This document shows, piece after piece, positions 37,869-47,437 of a stretch of DNA of 64,000 bases. The notes below the pieces were generated by a model. The model was given only the letters and a program-made list of their open reading frames with translations, did not search any database and was not told the origin of the DNA. The first letter of the stretch is position 1. The number at the start of each line of letters is the position of its first letter. Source of the DNA: an uncultured Acidobacteriota bacterium (lineage in GTDB: Bacteria > Acidobacteriota > Thermoanaerobaculia > Gp7-AA8). Position numbers and translations under genes: made by a program. Location: NCBI GenBank assembly GCA_963822445.1, contig CAWGHO010000003.1:1056001-1120000 (forward strand), written 5' to 3'.

Positions 37869-37981
37869 GTTTATCCCGCGCGAAGACGCGGGATCTCTCC
37901 GTGCACGAACGAGTCTCGCGCAACGCGGTTCGGCCGGCGCGGTGTAACCGGAGATCCCCGCGTCTGCGCGCGGGGATAAAC
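37869..37981. repeat. REP-like palindromic element (ATCCC...GGGAT family)
   Basis: GTTTATCCCGCGCGAAGACGCGGGATCTC...GAGATCCCCGCGTCTGCGCGCGGGGATAAAC. Confidence 0.75.
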
Positions 37982-37989
37982 TCAAGAGA

Positions 37990-39504
37990 TCAGTGCCGAA
38001 AATGCCGCTCGCCGGTGAAGACCATCGTCAGGCCGCGCTCGTTTGCCGCGGCGATGACTTCCGCGTCGCGCACCGACCCACCCGGTTGAATCACCGCGCG
38101 CACGCCGGCGTCGGCGAGGATGTCCAGGCCGTCGCGGAACGGGAAGAACGCGTCCGATGCCGCGAACGAGCCGGCGGCGGGCAGCACCGCCTTCATGATC
38201 GCGACCTTCGCCGCGTCCACGCGGCTCATCTGCCCCGCGCCGATGCCGACCGACTGCGACGTCCGCGTGAGCACGATCGCGTTCGACTTCACGTGCGCGC
38301 AGACGATCCAGGCGAACTCCAGGCCGTCCATTTCCTCATCGGACGGTTGCCTCTCGGTCACGACCTTCCATGAATCGCGACCGGCGATGACATCCGCCGA
38401 TTGCACGAGCATCCCGCCGGCCGCGGAGCGCCACTCGTCCCTCGTCCCTCGTCCCTCGAAGCTGACCAGCCGTAGGTTCTTCTTTTTCGCCAGCAGCTCG
38501 AGGGCGTCGGATGAGAACGAAGGCGCGACGATCACTTCCAGAAACAGATCGGCGATCTGCCGCGCGCACTCCGCGTCGAAGGTACGATTCGCACCGATGA
38601 TTCCGCCGAAGGCTGACACCGGATCGGATTCGATCGCCGCGCGCAACGCGTCGGCCAGCGTGTCCTGGCGCGCGACGCCGCAGGGATTCGTGTGCTTGAT
38701 GACCGCGATGGCCGGTTCCGCGAACGCGCTCGAGAGCCGCATTGCCGAGTCGAGGTCGAGGAGGTTGTTGTACGACAGCTCCTTGCCCTGCAGCTGCTCG
38801 AACGGGCGCGCGCCCGAGGGAACCCAGAATCCCGCGGTCTGGTGCGGGTTCTCGCCGTAGCGCAGGTCCTGGAACTTCTCCAGCTCGACCGTCATCGTCT
38901 CGACAGGTTCGGCGTCTTCGTGAGCGGAGTCGTTCAGGTAGTTGGCGATGGTGATGTCGTACTCGGACGTCTTCGCGAACACGGCGATGGCCGCATGCAG
39001 GCGGAATTGCTCGCTGATCTCGCCCTTCTCGAATTCATCGAGAAAATCGTCGTACATTGCCGGGTCGCTGAGCACGACCACGTGGCGATGATTTTTCGCG
39101 GCCGCGCGCAGCATCGACGGACCGCCAATGTCGATCTGCTCCACCGCCTCGGCCAGCGTCACGCCCTCTTTGGCGATCGTCTCCGCGAACGGATAGAGAT
39201 TCACGACCACCAGATCGATGCGGGGGATGTCGAGGCGGGTGATGTCGGCGAGGTGATCGACGTTGTTGCGGTCGTGCAGGATCGCGCCGAAGACCTTCGG
39301 CGTGAGCGTCTTCACCCGTCCGCCGAGGATTTCAGGCGCGCCGGACCAGCGGGCGATGGGCGTGACGGGGATTCCGGCGTCGGTCAGATGCTGCGCCGTG
39401 CCGCCGGTCGAGAGGATCTCGACCCCCTTCGCGGTGAGCGCTTTCGCCAGTTCGATGATGCCGGTTTTGTCGGAGACGGAGAGGATCGCGCGTTCAATGG
39501 GCAT
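37990..39504 (-). CDS. purH: Bifunctional AICAR transformylase/IMP cyclohydrolase
   Basis: SVSDKTG, GGRVKTL, IDIGGPSM, RYGENPHQ, KHTNPCG, SDAFFPF, RHFRH. Confidence 0.97.
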   Translation of the reverse strand: MPIERAILSVSDKTGIIELAKALTAKGVEILSTGGTAQHLTDAGIPVTPIARWSGAPEILGGRVKTLTPKVFGAILHDRNNVDHLADITRLDIPRIDLVVVNLYPFAETIAKEGVTLAEAVEQIDIGGPSMLRAAAKNHRHVVVLSDPAMYDDFLDEFEKGEISEQFRLHAAIAVFAKTSEYDITIANYLNDSAHEDAEPVETMTVELEKFQDLRYGENPHQTAGFWVPSGARPFEQLQGKELSYNNLLDLDSAMRLSSAFAEPAIAVIKHTNPCGVARQDTLADALRAAIESDPVSAFGGIIGANRTFDAECARQIADLFLEVIVAPSFSSDALELLAKKKNLRLVSFEGRGTRDEWRSAAGGMLVQSADVIAGRDSWKVVTERQPSDEEMDGLEFAWIVCAHVKSNAIVLTRTSQSVGIGAGQMSRVDAAKVAIMKAVLPAAGSFAASDAFFPFRDGLDILADAGVRAVIQPGGSVRDAEVIAAANERGLTMVFTGERHFRH

Positions 39505-40231
39505 TCAAAGACAGATTGCCGTTGCGCATCAGCGCCGCGGAACGAACGTCACCGCCGGCTTCCTTCCAGATGAAGTAGTAGAGGTTCACCAGGTCCGTGA
39601 CGGCGCGGGAGTAACAGATCGAAGCAACGCCGAAGGCAGTGGAGCGGTCGTCGAACTCCGTCGAGCTCCGCCGCGACCCGGTCCGAAAGTACTCCTCGGA
39701 CATCAGCGGATAGAACTTCGCGGTCCGCTTGAAGGTCTTGTCGAGGTACGACGTGAGCCGGAATTGCGGATCGAGACCGTAGAAGACGGTCGGGAACTTC
39801 GACAGGCGCCGCTCGAAGTACTGCTCGAAATCGTTGTGCGACTCGCTGAGGCGCGGATCGTCGTTGGCTACGTGAAAGGGATTGTTCGCGTCGGCGACGA
39901 GGTGCGCGAGGACGCCCAGCCGCTCGACGACGTGACTCATCGAGTCGCCTCTGCGGATCGCTTCGATCGTTCCGCGCGTCTCTTTCTCGATGCGCTCGCG
40001 CAGCCGTCCTTCGCGCGAAAGCACGAAGAAGTGATGCGTATCCGTCGCCTCCTCGGCCTGAGCCTGGGCCAGACCGGCCTTGTAATCGCCTTCGAAACGC
40101 TCGATGAGGAGCCGCAGATCGGGCGGAGCGAGCGCGGCGCTTTTCTTCGCGATCCGCTCGTCGGAAACGCGCGTCCAGGCGGTGGCGGTGAGGGGAAACA
40201 GGATGAGAAGGACGATTCCGAGGCGCCGCAT
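39494..40231 (-). CDS. Secreted Zn-dependent phospholipase C / S1-P1 nuclease-fold protein
   Basis: Signal peptide then Trp1; LGVLAHLVADANNPFH and HNDFE. Confidence 0.7.
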   Translation of the reverse strand: MRRLGIVLLILFPLTATAWTRVSDERIAKKSAALAPPDLRLLIERFEGDYKAGLAQAQAEEATDTHHFFVLSREGRLRERIEKETRGTIEAIRRGDSMSHVVERLGVLAHLVADANNPFHVANDDPRLSESHNDFEQYFERRLSKFPTVFYGLDPQFRLTSYLDKTFKRTAKFYPLMSEEYFRTGSRRSSTEFDDRSTAFGVASICYSRAVTDLVNLYYFIWKEAGGDVRSAALMRNGNLSLNAH

Positions 40232-40253
40232 TGTTGGGGAACGATCGTAGCGT

Positions 40254-40886
40254 ATGAATCCCGACTTTGCAGCTCATCTCGAGCTTCTCTACTCCTGCCG
40301 CGCCTGCCCGAACGTCGCGGGCGTGCCGGTGACCGGCGCCGTGCATGACGCGCGGATCATGCTCGTCGGCCAAGCGCCGGGACCGCATGAGGCCGACGAA
40401 CGGCGTCCATTCGCGTACACGGCTGGCAAGCGGCTCTTTCAATGGCTGCAGGAGTCCGCGGGCATCTCCGAAGATGAATTTCGGCGACGCGTGCACATCG
40501 GCGCGGTGATCCGCTGCTTTCCGGGACGCGATGCGAAGGCGGGCGGCGACCGCGTTCCCGATGCGACGGAGATCGCGAACTGCGCGGCACATCTCGATCG
40601 CGAGCTGGCGTTGCTGAAGCCGGAGGTCGTGATCGCCGTGGGGACGCTCGCCTCGAAGCAGCTTCTCGGCATCTCCGAATTGAAAGACATCGTGGGCCGC
40701 GTTCATCGCGCGTCCCGCGGCGGACATGAGTTCGAGGTGATCGTGCTTCCGCATCCGTCGGGACGGAGCACGTGGACGAACAAGCCGGAGAATCGCGCGC
40801 TCCTGGAGAAGTCGCTGAAGCTGGTGAGGAAAGCCGTACGGCGGGCGTCTCGCCCGCAACGCGCGGGGCGTCCCGCCCCGCGCTGA
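40254..40886 (+). CDS. Uracil-DNA glycosylase family protein (Fe-S type)
   Basis: CRAC, VGQAPG, RPF, RCFPG, C, PHPSG. Confidence 0.9.
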   Translation: MNPDFAAHLELLYSCRACPNVAGVPVTGAVHDARIMLVGQAPGPHEADERRPFAYTAGKRLFQWLQESAGISEDEFRRRVHIGAVIRCFPGRDAKAGGDRVPDATEIANCAAHLDRELALLKPEVVIAVGTLASKQLLGISELKDIVGRVHRASRGGHEFEVIVLPHPSGRSTWTNKPENRALLEKSLKLVRKAVRRASRPQRAGRPAPR

Positions 40887-40935
40887 CTGCCGAACGAGAC
40901 GTCCGGCAGAAGGCGGCCGGGACGGCCGCCGTACG
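40836..40935. repeat. REP-like palindromic cluster overlapping the 3' end of the UDG gene
   Basis: CGTACGGCGG...CCGCCGTACG terminal IR with GCGGGCGTCTCGCCCGC-type hairpins. Confidence 0.65.
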
Positions 40936-40936
40936 C

Positions 40937-41434
40937 CTACCGCATGTAATTCCGCGTGATGTAGTCCATCTCCGCGTAGGTCGTGGTCAGCGCGAGACGC
41001 GACTCGAGAATCAGATACACGCTCGCCGAGAACAGCAGGAACGCGCCGATGAACCCGAAAACCAGCGGCACGAACCCGACGTTTACGTGCAGCAGCGCGA
41101 CCACACCGATGGAAACGCTCGTGGCCACGAAGAACCCGACGCCGAGATAGAGACGCGACAAAGCCTTCTGCAGCAGACGGGCGCGGCGCGTGTTCACCTC
41201 CAGCTGCCGGTAGAGATGTTGCCGCTTCACGTCCGTGTGCTCATCCTGCGCGTCACCGAGCTCCTCGAGCTCCGCCGCGCGCTCGCGGACGCGATCGACA
41301 CAGCGGATCGATCGATTGGACGTCGTCATCACCAGCGATCCCGTCGCGAGCAGCAGCACGGCCGGCGTGATCATCGCCGAGAGCACGTCGATGACCGACG
41401 CCAGCTCCTTGGTCGATGCGAGGTCAGGCCACAT
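40937..41434 (-). CDS. DUF2721 family membrane protein
   Basis: AMITPAVLL..TSNR..R.VDRVR, RRARL, three TM, ESRLA. Confidence 0.82.
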   Translation of the reverse strand: MWPDLASTKELASVIDVLSAMITPAVLLLATGSLVMTTSNRSIRCVDRVRERAAELEELGDAQDEHTDVKRQHLYRQLEVNTRRARLLQKALSRLYLGVGFFVATSVSIGVVALLHVNVGFVPLVFGFIGAFLLFSASVYLILESRLALTTTYAEMDYITRNYMR

Positions 41435-42755
41435 TCGCGAATGCGTTCCGGGTCAGGTTGTCGCGCCCCGTCTCGGTGACGACCACGTCGTCCTCGATGC
41501 GGATTCCGCCGAATTTGCGGAAGGCGTCGACTTTCTCCCAGTTGATGTACTTCGCGTTGTCGGTCTTCGTCAGCTCACCGAGGAGCGAGTCGATGAAGTA
41601 GAGACCCGGCTCGATGGTGAAGACCCAGCCAGGCTCGACGACGCGTGTCAGGCGAAGGTACGGATGCCCTTCCGGCTTGGGAATGCTCTTACCGCCGCGG
41701 TCGGCCATGAAACCGCCGACGTCATGCACCTGCAGGCCGAGGAGGTGGCCGACGCCGTGGGGGAGGAAGGTGCTGCTGATGCGGCGCTCGACGATGCCGT
41801 CAGCGTCGATGTCTTTCGTGAAGTTGAAGCGCGCGAGGATTTCAGCCACGCCGCGATGCGCCGCAAAGTGCACGTCCGGATAGTTGAGGCTGGGGCGGAT
41901 CATCTCCACGAGCCCGAGCTGCATCGCGTCCATCGCCTCGATCAGCTCCTGGAACTCGTCCTTACGCGCCGAGTAGGTGCGGGTGATGTCCGACGCGTAC
42001 CCGTTGTAGCTCGCGCCGGCGTCGATGAGGAACGACCAGCGGTTCGCTTCGTCGACCCGCTCGCGAAGGTGATGGTAGTAGTGCAGCGTCGCCGCGTTCG
42101 CGTTGAGGGCGATGATGTTGCCGTACGGCACTTCCTCCTCGACGGAATCGGCGCCGCGGAGGTAGTCGAGATGGATTTCGTACTCGGACAGGCCTTCGCG
42201 GAATCCGCGCTCGGCGGCGCGATGTCCTCGCACACCGCGCACATTCGCGCGATACAGGCACTCGATCTCGTACTGAGTCTTTTCAGCGCGATCGAAGTGA
42301 AGGCTGTTCACGACCGCCTCGGGATTCGGCGTCAGATCGCCCCATGACGCGAACTGCTCATCCCATTCACCGATGAACGCGCTCTTGCCTTTGGGCATGT
42401 GCGCCTTCGCCTCGGCCAGGTCGGCGATCATGATCAGGTCGAACTTCTCGACCCACTTCGCTGTCGGTTTTTCCGCGACTTTGTGCCAGTAATCGACAGG
42501 CTGCCAGTAGATCAGCTTCGGCTTCAGGTTCGGCGTGTAGATCACGAAGCAGTTCGGGTTGTCGGTGACCGGCACCCAGCACTTGAAGTGCGGGTTGACC
42601 TTGAACGGGTAGGGCATGTCGTCGACGAACTGGTAATGCAGCGCGCCGGAGAAGACCACCGCGTGGTCGAATTTCGAATCGAGGAGCGCGCGATCGTGGC
42701 GCAGCTTCTGGATGGTCACATGTGCTGTGTAAATCGTTGCCAGTGCGTCGTCCAT
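41424..42755 (-). CDS. pepQ: Xaa-Pro dipeptidase (prolidase)
   Basis: DDMPYPFKVNPHF, LIDAGA, YASDITRT, PHGVGHLLGLQVHDV, TIEPGLYF, GGIRIEDD. Confidence 0.93.
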   Translation of the reverse strand: MDDALATIYTAHVTIQKLRHDRALLDSKFDHAVVFSGALHYQFVDDMPYPFKVNPHFKCWVPVTDNPNCFVIYTPNLKPKLIYWQPVDYWHKVAEKPTAKWVEKFDLIMIADLAEAKAHMPKGKSAFIGEWDEQFASWGDLTPNPEAVVNSLHFDRAEKTQYEIECLYRANVRGVRGHRAAERGFREGLSEYEIHLDYLRGADSVEEEVPYGNIIALNANAATLHYYHHLRERVDEANRWSFLIDAGASYNGYASDITRTYSARKDEFQELIEAMDAMQLGLVEMIRPSLNYPDVHFAAHRGVAEILARFNFTKDIDADGIVERRISSTFLPHGVGHLLGLQVHDVGGFMADRGGKSIPKPEGHPYLRLTRVVEPGWVFTIEPGLYFIDSLLGELTKTDNAKYINWEKVDAFRKFGGIRIEDDVVVTETGRDNLTRNAFANVA

Positions 42756-42773
42756 GGCGGCGGAGGATAGCAG

Positions 42774-42806
42774 AGCAGTGGGCAGCGGGCAGTAGGGAGC
42801 GGGCAG
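42774..42806. repeat. Tandem GGCAGTr heptamer run (single arm)
   Basis: AGCAGTGGGCAGCGGGCAGTAGGGAGCGGGCAG. Confidence 0.6.
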
Positions 42807-44000
42807 TTAAAGCGTGGCGAGTTTTTTCAGCACGAAACGCTTCTCGATCATCGTGCCGGGAAGCTCGAGCGCGCGGTTGAAATGCGCCGCGGCCTGCCTG
42901 CGATCGCCGTTGCGGAGCCAGAGCTCGCCGAGGGTGGTGGCGAGAGGGAGGTAGTCGCGGAGGGAGGGGTGGGTGGCGATTTCCTCGATGGCGGCGATGC
43001 CCGCGGCGGGACCTTCGGCCATGGCCACGGCGATGGCGCGGTTCAAGGCAACGACGGGCGATGGCTTGATGGCGAGGAGCTGGTCGTAGTGATCGATGAT
43101 CGCCTTCCAGTCCGTTTCCGCGAATGAGGGGGAGATCGCGTGATACGACGCGATGGCTGCTTCGCCGTGGTACGCAGTCAGCGACTCGCCGGCCGCTGAT
43201 TTCCCGAGCTCGCGCAGGCCTTCGGCAATCATCGCTCCGTCCCAGAGCGAGCGATCCTGCTCCTCGAGCGTGAACACTTCACGCGCGGGCAATCGCGCGG
43301 TTTGCAGGAGCATGAGCGCGAGCAGCGCGTGAACCGCGGGGCCGTCGCCGCAAAGGCGCGTCAGGCGGATCGCTTCGGCACAGAGGTCTGCGTTCTGCGC
43401 GCTGTAACCCTCGTTGAAGAACAGATACAGAACTTCGAGCAGCGTCTCCATCCGCTGCGGCATCTCCGGGCGCGGCGGAAGATCCATGGGGATGTTCTCC
43501 TCGCGGATCATCTTCTTCGCCCGGACGACGCGCTGGGCGATGGTCTCCTTCTTCGTCAGAAAAGCGCGCGCGATCTCGTCGACGCTGAACCCGCCGACGG
43601 TCTTCAGCGTCAGGGCGATGCGGCTTTCTTTGGGAATGGCCGGATGACAACACATCAGCACCATCCGCAGTTGATCGTCGCGCAGCTCGTGCGCGAACCG
43701 CGGCTCGTTGATGGTGACTTCCGAAAGCGCCGCGGCGAGGTCCTGCTCTTTCCCTTTGAACGAGGTCTGGCGCCGCAACTGATCGAGGGCGCGGTTCTTT
43801 GCGACCTGAAAGAGCCAGCCGCGCGGATTGTCCGGAACGCCGCGGATCGCCCACTGCTGCATCGCCGCAACGAGCGCCTCCTGCACCACCTCCTCGGCCA
43901 GCGACAGGTGCGCCGGACCGAACACGCGCGTGAGCGTGGCGACCATCTGTCCCGCGCTGTGGCGGAACAGATGGTCGACGAGGCGGTGGATGTCGCTCAC
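42807..44000 (-). CDS. ECF42-type sigma factor with C-terminal TPR extension
   Basis: AEEVVQEAL, DDQLRMVLMCCHPA, YLFFNEGY, LEEQDRSLWD, PSPVVALNRA; coupled to a YciI gene. Confidence 0.9.
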   Translation of the reverse strand: MSDIHRLVDHLFRHSAGQMVATLTRVFGPAHLSLAEEVVQEALVAAMQQWAIRGVPDNPRGWLFQVAKNRALDQLRRQTSFKGKEQDLAAALSEVTINEPRFAHELRDDQLRMVLMCCHPAIPKESRIALTLKTVGGFSVDEIARAFLTKKETIAQRVVRAKKMIREENIPMDLPPRPEMPQRMETLLEVLYLFFNEGYSAQNADLCAEAIRLTRLCGDGPAVHALLALMLLQTARLPAREVFTLEEQDRSLWDGAMIAEGLRELGKSAAGESLTAYHGEAAIASYHAISPSFAETDWKAIIDHYDQLLAIKPSPVVALNRAIAVAMAEGPAAGIAAIEEIATHPSLRDYLPLATTLGELWLRNGDRRQAAAHFNRALELPGTMIEKRFVLKKLATL

Positions 44001-44329
44001 AACTCGATCTGCCGGATCTCGATCGAGCCGAAATCGAGGTGAGGGCAGTCCTCGACGAGTGCGGCCGCGGCGTCATAACTCGGCGCGTCCAGGACGAAGT
44101 AGCCGCCGATCACTTCCTTGCTCTCGGCGTACGGGCCGTCGGTGACCGTGACTCCGCCTTCGCTCTTGCGGACCACGGTGCGGCCTTCGCCGTCGGCGAG
44201 CTTCTGGCCTTTCGCGCCGACGCGTTCGCTCCATACGCGGTACCGCTCGATGATCTGCTGGATCTCCTCGGGGCTGATGTTCTCGGGGAAGCTGCCGCTG
44301 TCGCGGAGCATGAGGACGAACTGGGGCAT
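43997..44329 (-). CDS. YciI/DGPF family protein
   Basis: VTDGPYAESKEVIGGYF; SD before ATG 44329. Confidence 0.9.
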   Translation of the reverse strand: MPQFVLMLRDSGSFPENISPEEIQQIIERYRVWSERVGAKGQKLADGEGRTVVRKSEGGVTVTDGPYAESKEVIGGYFVLDAPSYDAAAALVEDCPHLDFGSIEIRQIEL

Positions 44330-44424
44330 GGCGTTTCTCCTTTCTTCACTGTACAGACGAAGGAGCTCCGCGCAAATCGACACGATGGGGAGAAAAAAAT
44401 GAAGCGCGCCGACCGCCTTTGCGA

Positions 44425-44925
44425 TTATCGACGCGCTTCGTCGCCAGCGATCCCCGGCTCGTGACCGGGGCCGTTTGTGCCCAAGTGCGAGGGCAGTGCC
44501 AATCTCTTCCCGTACGCAATGCCCGCGGTGATCGACGCGATGCCGAAGAGTCCCACGATCACCGTCTCGCGCGCGGACGCCGCCATGGACCAGGGGTAGC
44601 CGAGAACCTCGAACCGGAATGGCGAGATCACCCGGAAGGCGTGCAGCACGGCAAAGGCGACGTGCAGCGTCCCTGACGCGATTCCCACGCCCATGCGCAT
44701 TCGTGGCGTCACAACGGCCGCGAGATTGACCACGACCAGCAACGTGTACAGTCCGATGGCGATCAGACTGTCGATCCGCGAGAAGCTCCAGGCACCGACG
44801 ACGAACGTGGCCCCGGTCTCCAGCTTGTAATAGTGGCAGGCCCAGTGCGGCATCCACGAACATGCGGATGCGGCGAAAAACGCTTCGGGTGCGAAGCGGG
44901 TCAGGACGCTGTGCGCACGGTCCAT
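44425..44925 (-). CDS. Hypothetical membrane protein
   Basis: C-terminal part of track ORF 44425-45327; WMPHWACHYY followed by 3-4 TM segments; start uncertain. Confidence 0.55.
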   Translation of the reverse strand: MDRAHSVLTRFAPEAFFAASACSWMPHWACHYYKLETGATFVVGAWSFSRIDSLIAIGLYTLLVVVNLAAVVTPRMRMGVGIASGTLHVAFAVLHAFRVISPFRFEVLGYPWSMAASARETVIVGLFGIASITAGIAYGKRLALPSHLGTNGPGHEPGIAGDEARR

Positions 44926-45293
44926 CGCCGCAAGCTTGCCACGGATGTGATGGCCGATAGCGCGCCGAGGGGAATGGTGACGAGGATTTCGGGGAGGCCT
45001 TTGCCGGCGATGAAGGGGAGCGCCGCGCAAACGAGCATTCCCCACGCGCAGATTCGCGCCAGGGGAGCATCGAAGATCGCCTGACGTTTCTCGACCGTCG
45101 CGACAAGAGCAGCGAAGACGAGTCCACAGGCAAAACCAACGAGTCCGATCATCGGGGCCAGCACCAGCGGCTCTTCGCCCGGACCGATGTCGGCGGGATC
45201 GATGAAGCCGATCAGAGTCCCGGCAATGATCGCGAGCGCGACCCACAGAACGCCCCAGATCAACCCGACGGCGGACAGCGTTGCAACTCGCAT
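44901..45293 (-). CDS. Hypothetical four-TM membrane protein
   Basis: SD GAAGGAG before ATG 45293; four hydrophobic segments. Confidence 0.65.
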   Translation of the reverse strand: MRVATLSAVGLIWGVLWVALAIIAGTLIGFIDPADIGPGEEPLVLAPMIGLVGFACGLVFAALVATVEKRQAIFDAPLARICAWGMLVCAALPFIAGKGLPEILVTIPLGALSAITSVASLRRWTVRTAS

Positions 45294-45323
45294 TGGCCGA
45301 TTCTCCTTCAAGCGAAACGCCAC

Positions 45324-46523
45324 TCAAAGCGATTTCAGGAACGCGATCAGTTGCGCGCGTTCGCCGTCGCCGAGCTCACTGAACCGGTTGCGCGCCGCGC
45401 GCCCCTGGCCGTCGTGAGCGAGGATCGCGGCCTCGAACGTCGACGCGCGCCCGTCGTGGAGGCAGGCCTCCAGGAAGCGCAGGCCCCAAAGCGGCGGCGT
45501 GCGCATCTCGGACCCGCGCGCGTCGCCCTGCGGGATGCGGTCGCCGAGGGCGCCCATGTCGTGGAGCAGGAAATCGGAGTACGGGTGGTAGGTGACCTCG
45601 TCGAGCCCCTCGATGGCATTCGGTCCGGTCTGCAGCGTCGAGACGTGACAGGAGTTGCAGCCGATGCGGTTGAACACCGCTTCGCCCGCGACGACGTCCG
45701 GAGTGATCGGGCCGCGCGGCGGCGGCGCCAGCATGGCCATGAAGTCCGTCAGCCTCTGCGTGGCTTCGCCGGTGTCGTTCAGGCCCGGACGCGGGTTGAA
45801 CTTGAGATCCTGGCAGCGTCCGTGCGGGCAGTTCTCGTTCGGAAAGAACGGGCTGGTCACGCCGATCTCGTCGAGGAAGGCCTCGCCGGCGAACTGATGG
45901 AGTGTCGGGGTCTGCGCCTTCCAGCCGAACTTGCCCACGGTCTTCATCCCGGCGGCATGATTCTCGACCATGGCCACGCGGCCTGCCGTGCCGTCGTTGC
46001 GCGCGGCCTGCTCCGCGGCGAGCGCGATGAAGGTCGAGTCGGGCGTGGCGTCGACGAGCGAAAGCCCGAGCACAGTGGGCGAGCGCCGGTGCGCGACGAT
46101 GGTGGCCTCGGCTGGCACCTTCTCCGAGTTGAAGGCGATGACCGCTCCATCGTTCGCCTGAATGCCGCGACTCTGCACGACCGGTCCGCCGAACCGCTCG
46201 AGGGGATCGAAGACGCCTCTGGTGATCGTGCCGAAGCGTGTGACCTCGCTCCCGATCGAACCGGCGCCGCCGGGCGCAGGCCGGGAGTGGCATTGCTCGC
46301 AGTCCATGCCGTTCATGACCGGACCGAGACCGTCGGCGAGTTTCTGACGCTTCTGGAATTCCTTGAGCCCTTCGAAGAAGCGGGAGAGCAGCTCAGGCGA
46401 AAGGCCGGCGATCGGCTGCCCCGCCGGCGCAGGCGGCGGCGCCGGCGCGACAGCGCGCCGCTTGGCGATGATGGCTGGTGACAGAAGACAGCAGAAAAGG
46501 GCCGCGACGACCGCTCGCTTCAT
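45324..46523 (-). CDS. Di-heme oxidoreductase family protein (DUF1111-like)
   Basis: Signal peptide; DGLGP, CEQCH, GKFGWKA, GCNSCH, YSDFLLHDMG, RTPPLWG, LHDGRA. Confidence 0.9.
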   Translation of the reverse strand: MKRAVVAALFCCLLSPAIIAKRRAVAPAPPPAPAGQPIAGLSPELLSRFFEGLKEFQKRQKLADGLGPVMNGMDCEQCHSRPAPGGAGSIGSEVTRFGTITRGVFDPLERFGGPVVQSRGIQANDGAVIAFNSEKVPAEATIVAHRRSPTVLGLSLVDATPDSTFIALAAEQAARNDGTAGRVAMVENHAAGMKTVGKFGWKAQTPTLHQFAGEAFLDEIGVTSPFFPNENCPHGRCQDLKFNPRPGLNDTGEATQRLTDFMAMLAPPPRGPITPDVVAGEAVFNRIGCNSCHVSTLQTGPNAIEGLDEVTYHPYSDFLLHDMGALGDRIPQGDARGSEMRTPPLWGLRFLEACLHDGRASTFEAAILAHDGQGRAARNRFSELGDGERAQLIAFLKSL

Positions 46524-46581
46524 GTTCGTCACCTCGAGATGGGGAAGAGGGCAAGCAAGGCGCGGGCCCGGGGGGCTCCAA

Positions 46582-46938
46582 TCAAAGCGAACGTATGCGA
46601 ATGCGGTCCTCACTGACGATCCATAGCTGATTCCGAACCTCGCGCTGGGAAAGAGCCGCCACAAGACGCCCCGCAGTTTCAAGCACGTGACGCTTATCAT
46701 GGCTCTTGAGGCGAAAGACGATCATTCCCGCGGAGTCGGCTGGCGGATACGCACGAATATTCGCGAAGCCGCGATCAAATGTGACGAAGATCCGTCCCTC
46801 TTCGCGACAGATCTGCGCCAGTTGAGGATCCTGTGTGCCGCCGAGTTGCTGTTCCACGACGGTGAGTGAATCCCAACCTGCACTGAGAAGAACTTGACTC
46901 AGTTCATCCGGCAGATTCTCGTCGACTTTGAACTTCAC
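46582..46938 (-). CDS. DUF5615 PIN-like toxin
   Basis: MKFKVDENLP, D, EEGRIFVTFDRGF; GTGA overlap with the DUF433 gene. Confidence 0.9.
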   Translation of the reverse strand: MKFKVDENLPDELSQVLLSAGWDSLTVVEQQLGGTQDPQLAQICREEGRIFVTFDRGFANIRAYPPADSAGMIVFRLKSHDKRHVLETAGRLVAALSQREVRNQLWIVSEDRIRIRSL

Positions 46939-47162
46939 GCGGGCAGGCCAACGACTTCTTCACGCGCCAGGTCGGCGGCGTAGGCGAGACAAGCCTGAAT
47001 GGCCTCCGGCGACAAACGGGGGTAGCTGGCAATGATCTCGCGCTCCGGGATTCCCGCAGCGAGATTGTCGAGTACGACGGATACCAGGATTCGTGTTCCG
47101 GCTACGCACGCCTGACCGTGGCAAACGTTGGGATCGACGGTGATGTGTGGCTGCCAGTTCAT
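46935..47162 (-). CDS. DUF433 antitoxin
   Basis: ITVDPNVCHGQACVAGTRI, YPRL, IQACLAYAA. Confidence 0.92.
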   Translation of the reverse strand: MNWQPHITVDPNVCHGQACVAGTRILVSVVLDNLAAGIPEREIIASYPRLSPEAIQACLAYAADLAREEVVGLPA

Positions 47163-47437
47163 TTGGTTTAGCGCGATTTTACGTCGGAAGCATCTGACGT
47201 CTATTAGCTGAGCTGCGGCGCTGCGTGCATGAGGTTGCCACCGGCCACGTTTGCCTGAATGAGGCGCTTGAGGTCCGCGCGCGGCAAACGGCTTGCCGAC
47301 AGCTTCTGGCAGCACCCAGTACGTTCCGCCTCACGCCATGAAGATGCCGTACGAGGTGTATCGCCGGAACGCGACGAATGCGATGCCGATGCACGACACT
47401 AACAACATCGCCGCAACGACACGCCCAAGCCTGTTTA

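Noticed and set aside
42807-44329. ECF-TPR fusion plus YciI gene as a novel system
   Set aside because: Matches the described ECF42/DGPF arrangement
43997-45327. Long N-terminal extensions in track ORFs (43997-45139, 44425-45327; also 5890-8067, 57505-58341, 19814-21079)
   Set aside because: They overlap other genes or repeats; internal starts with SD or -10 signals fit better
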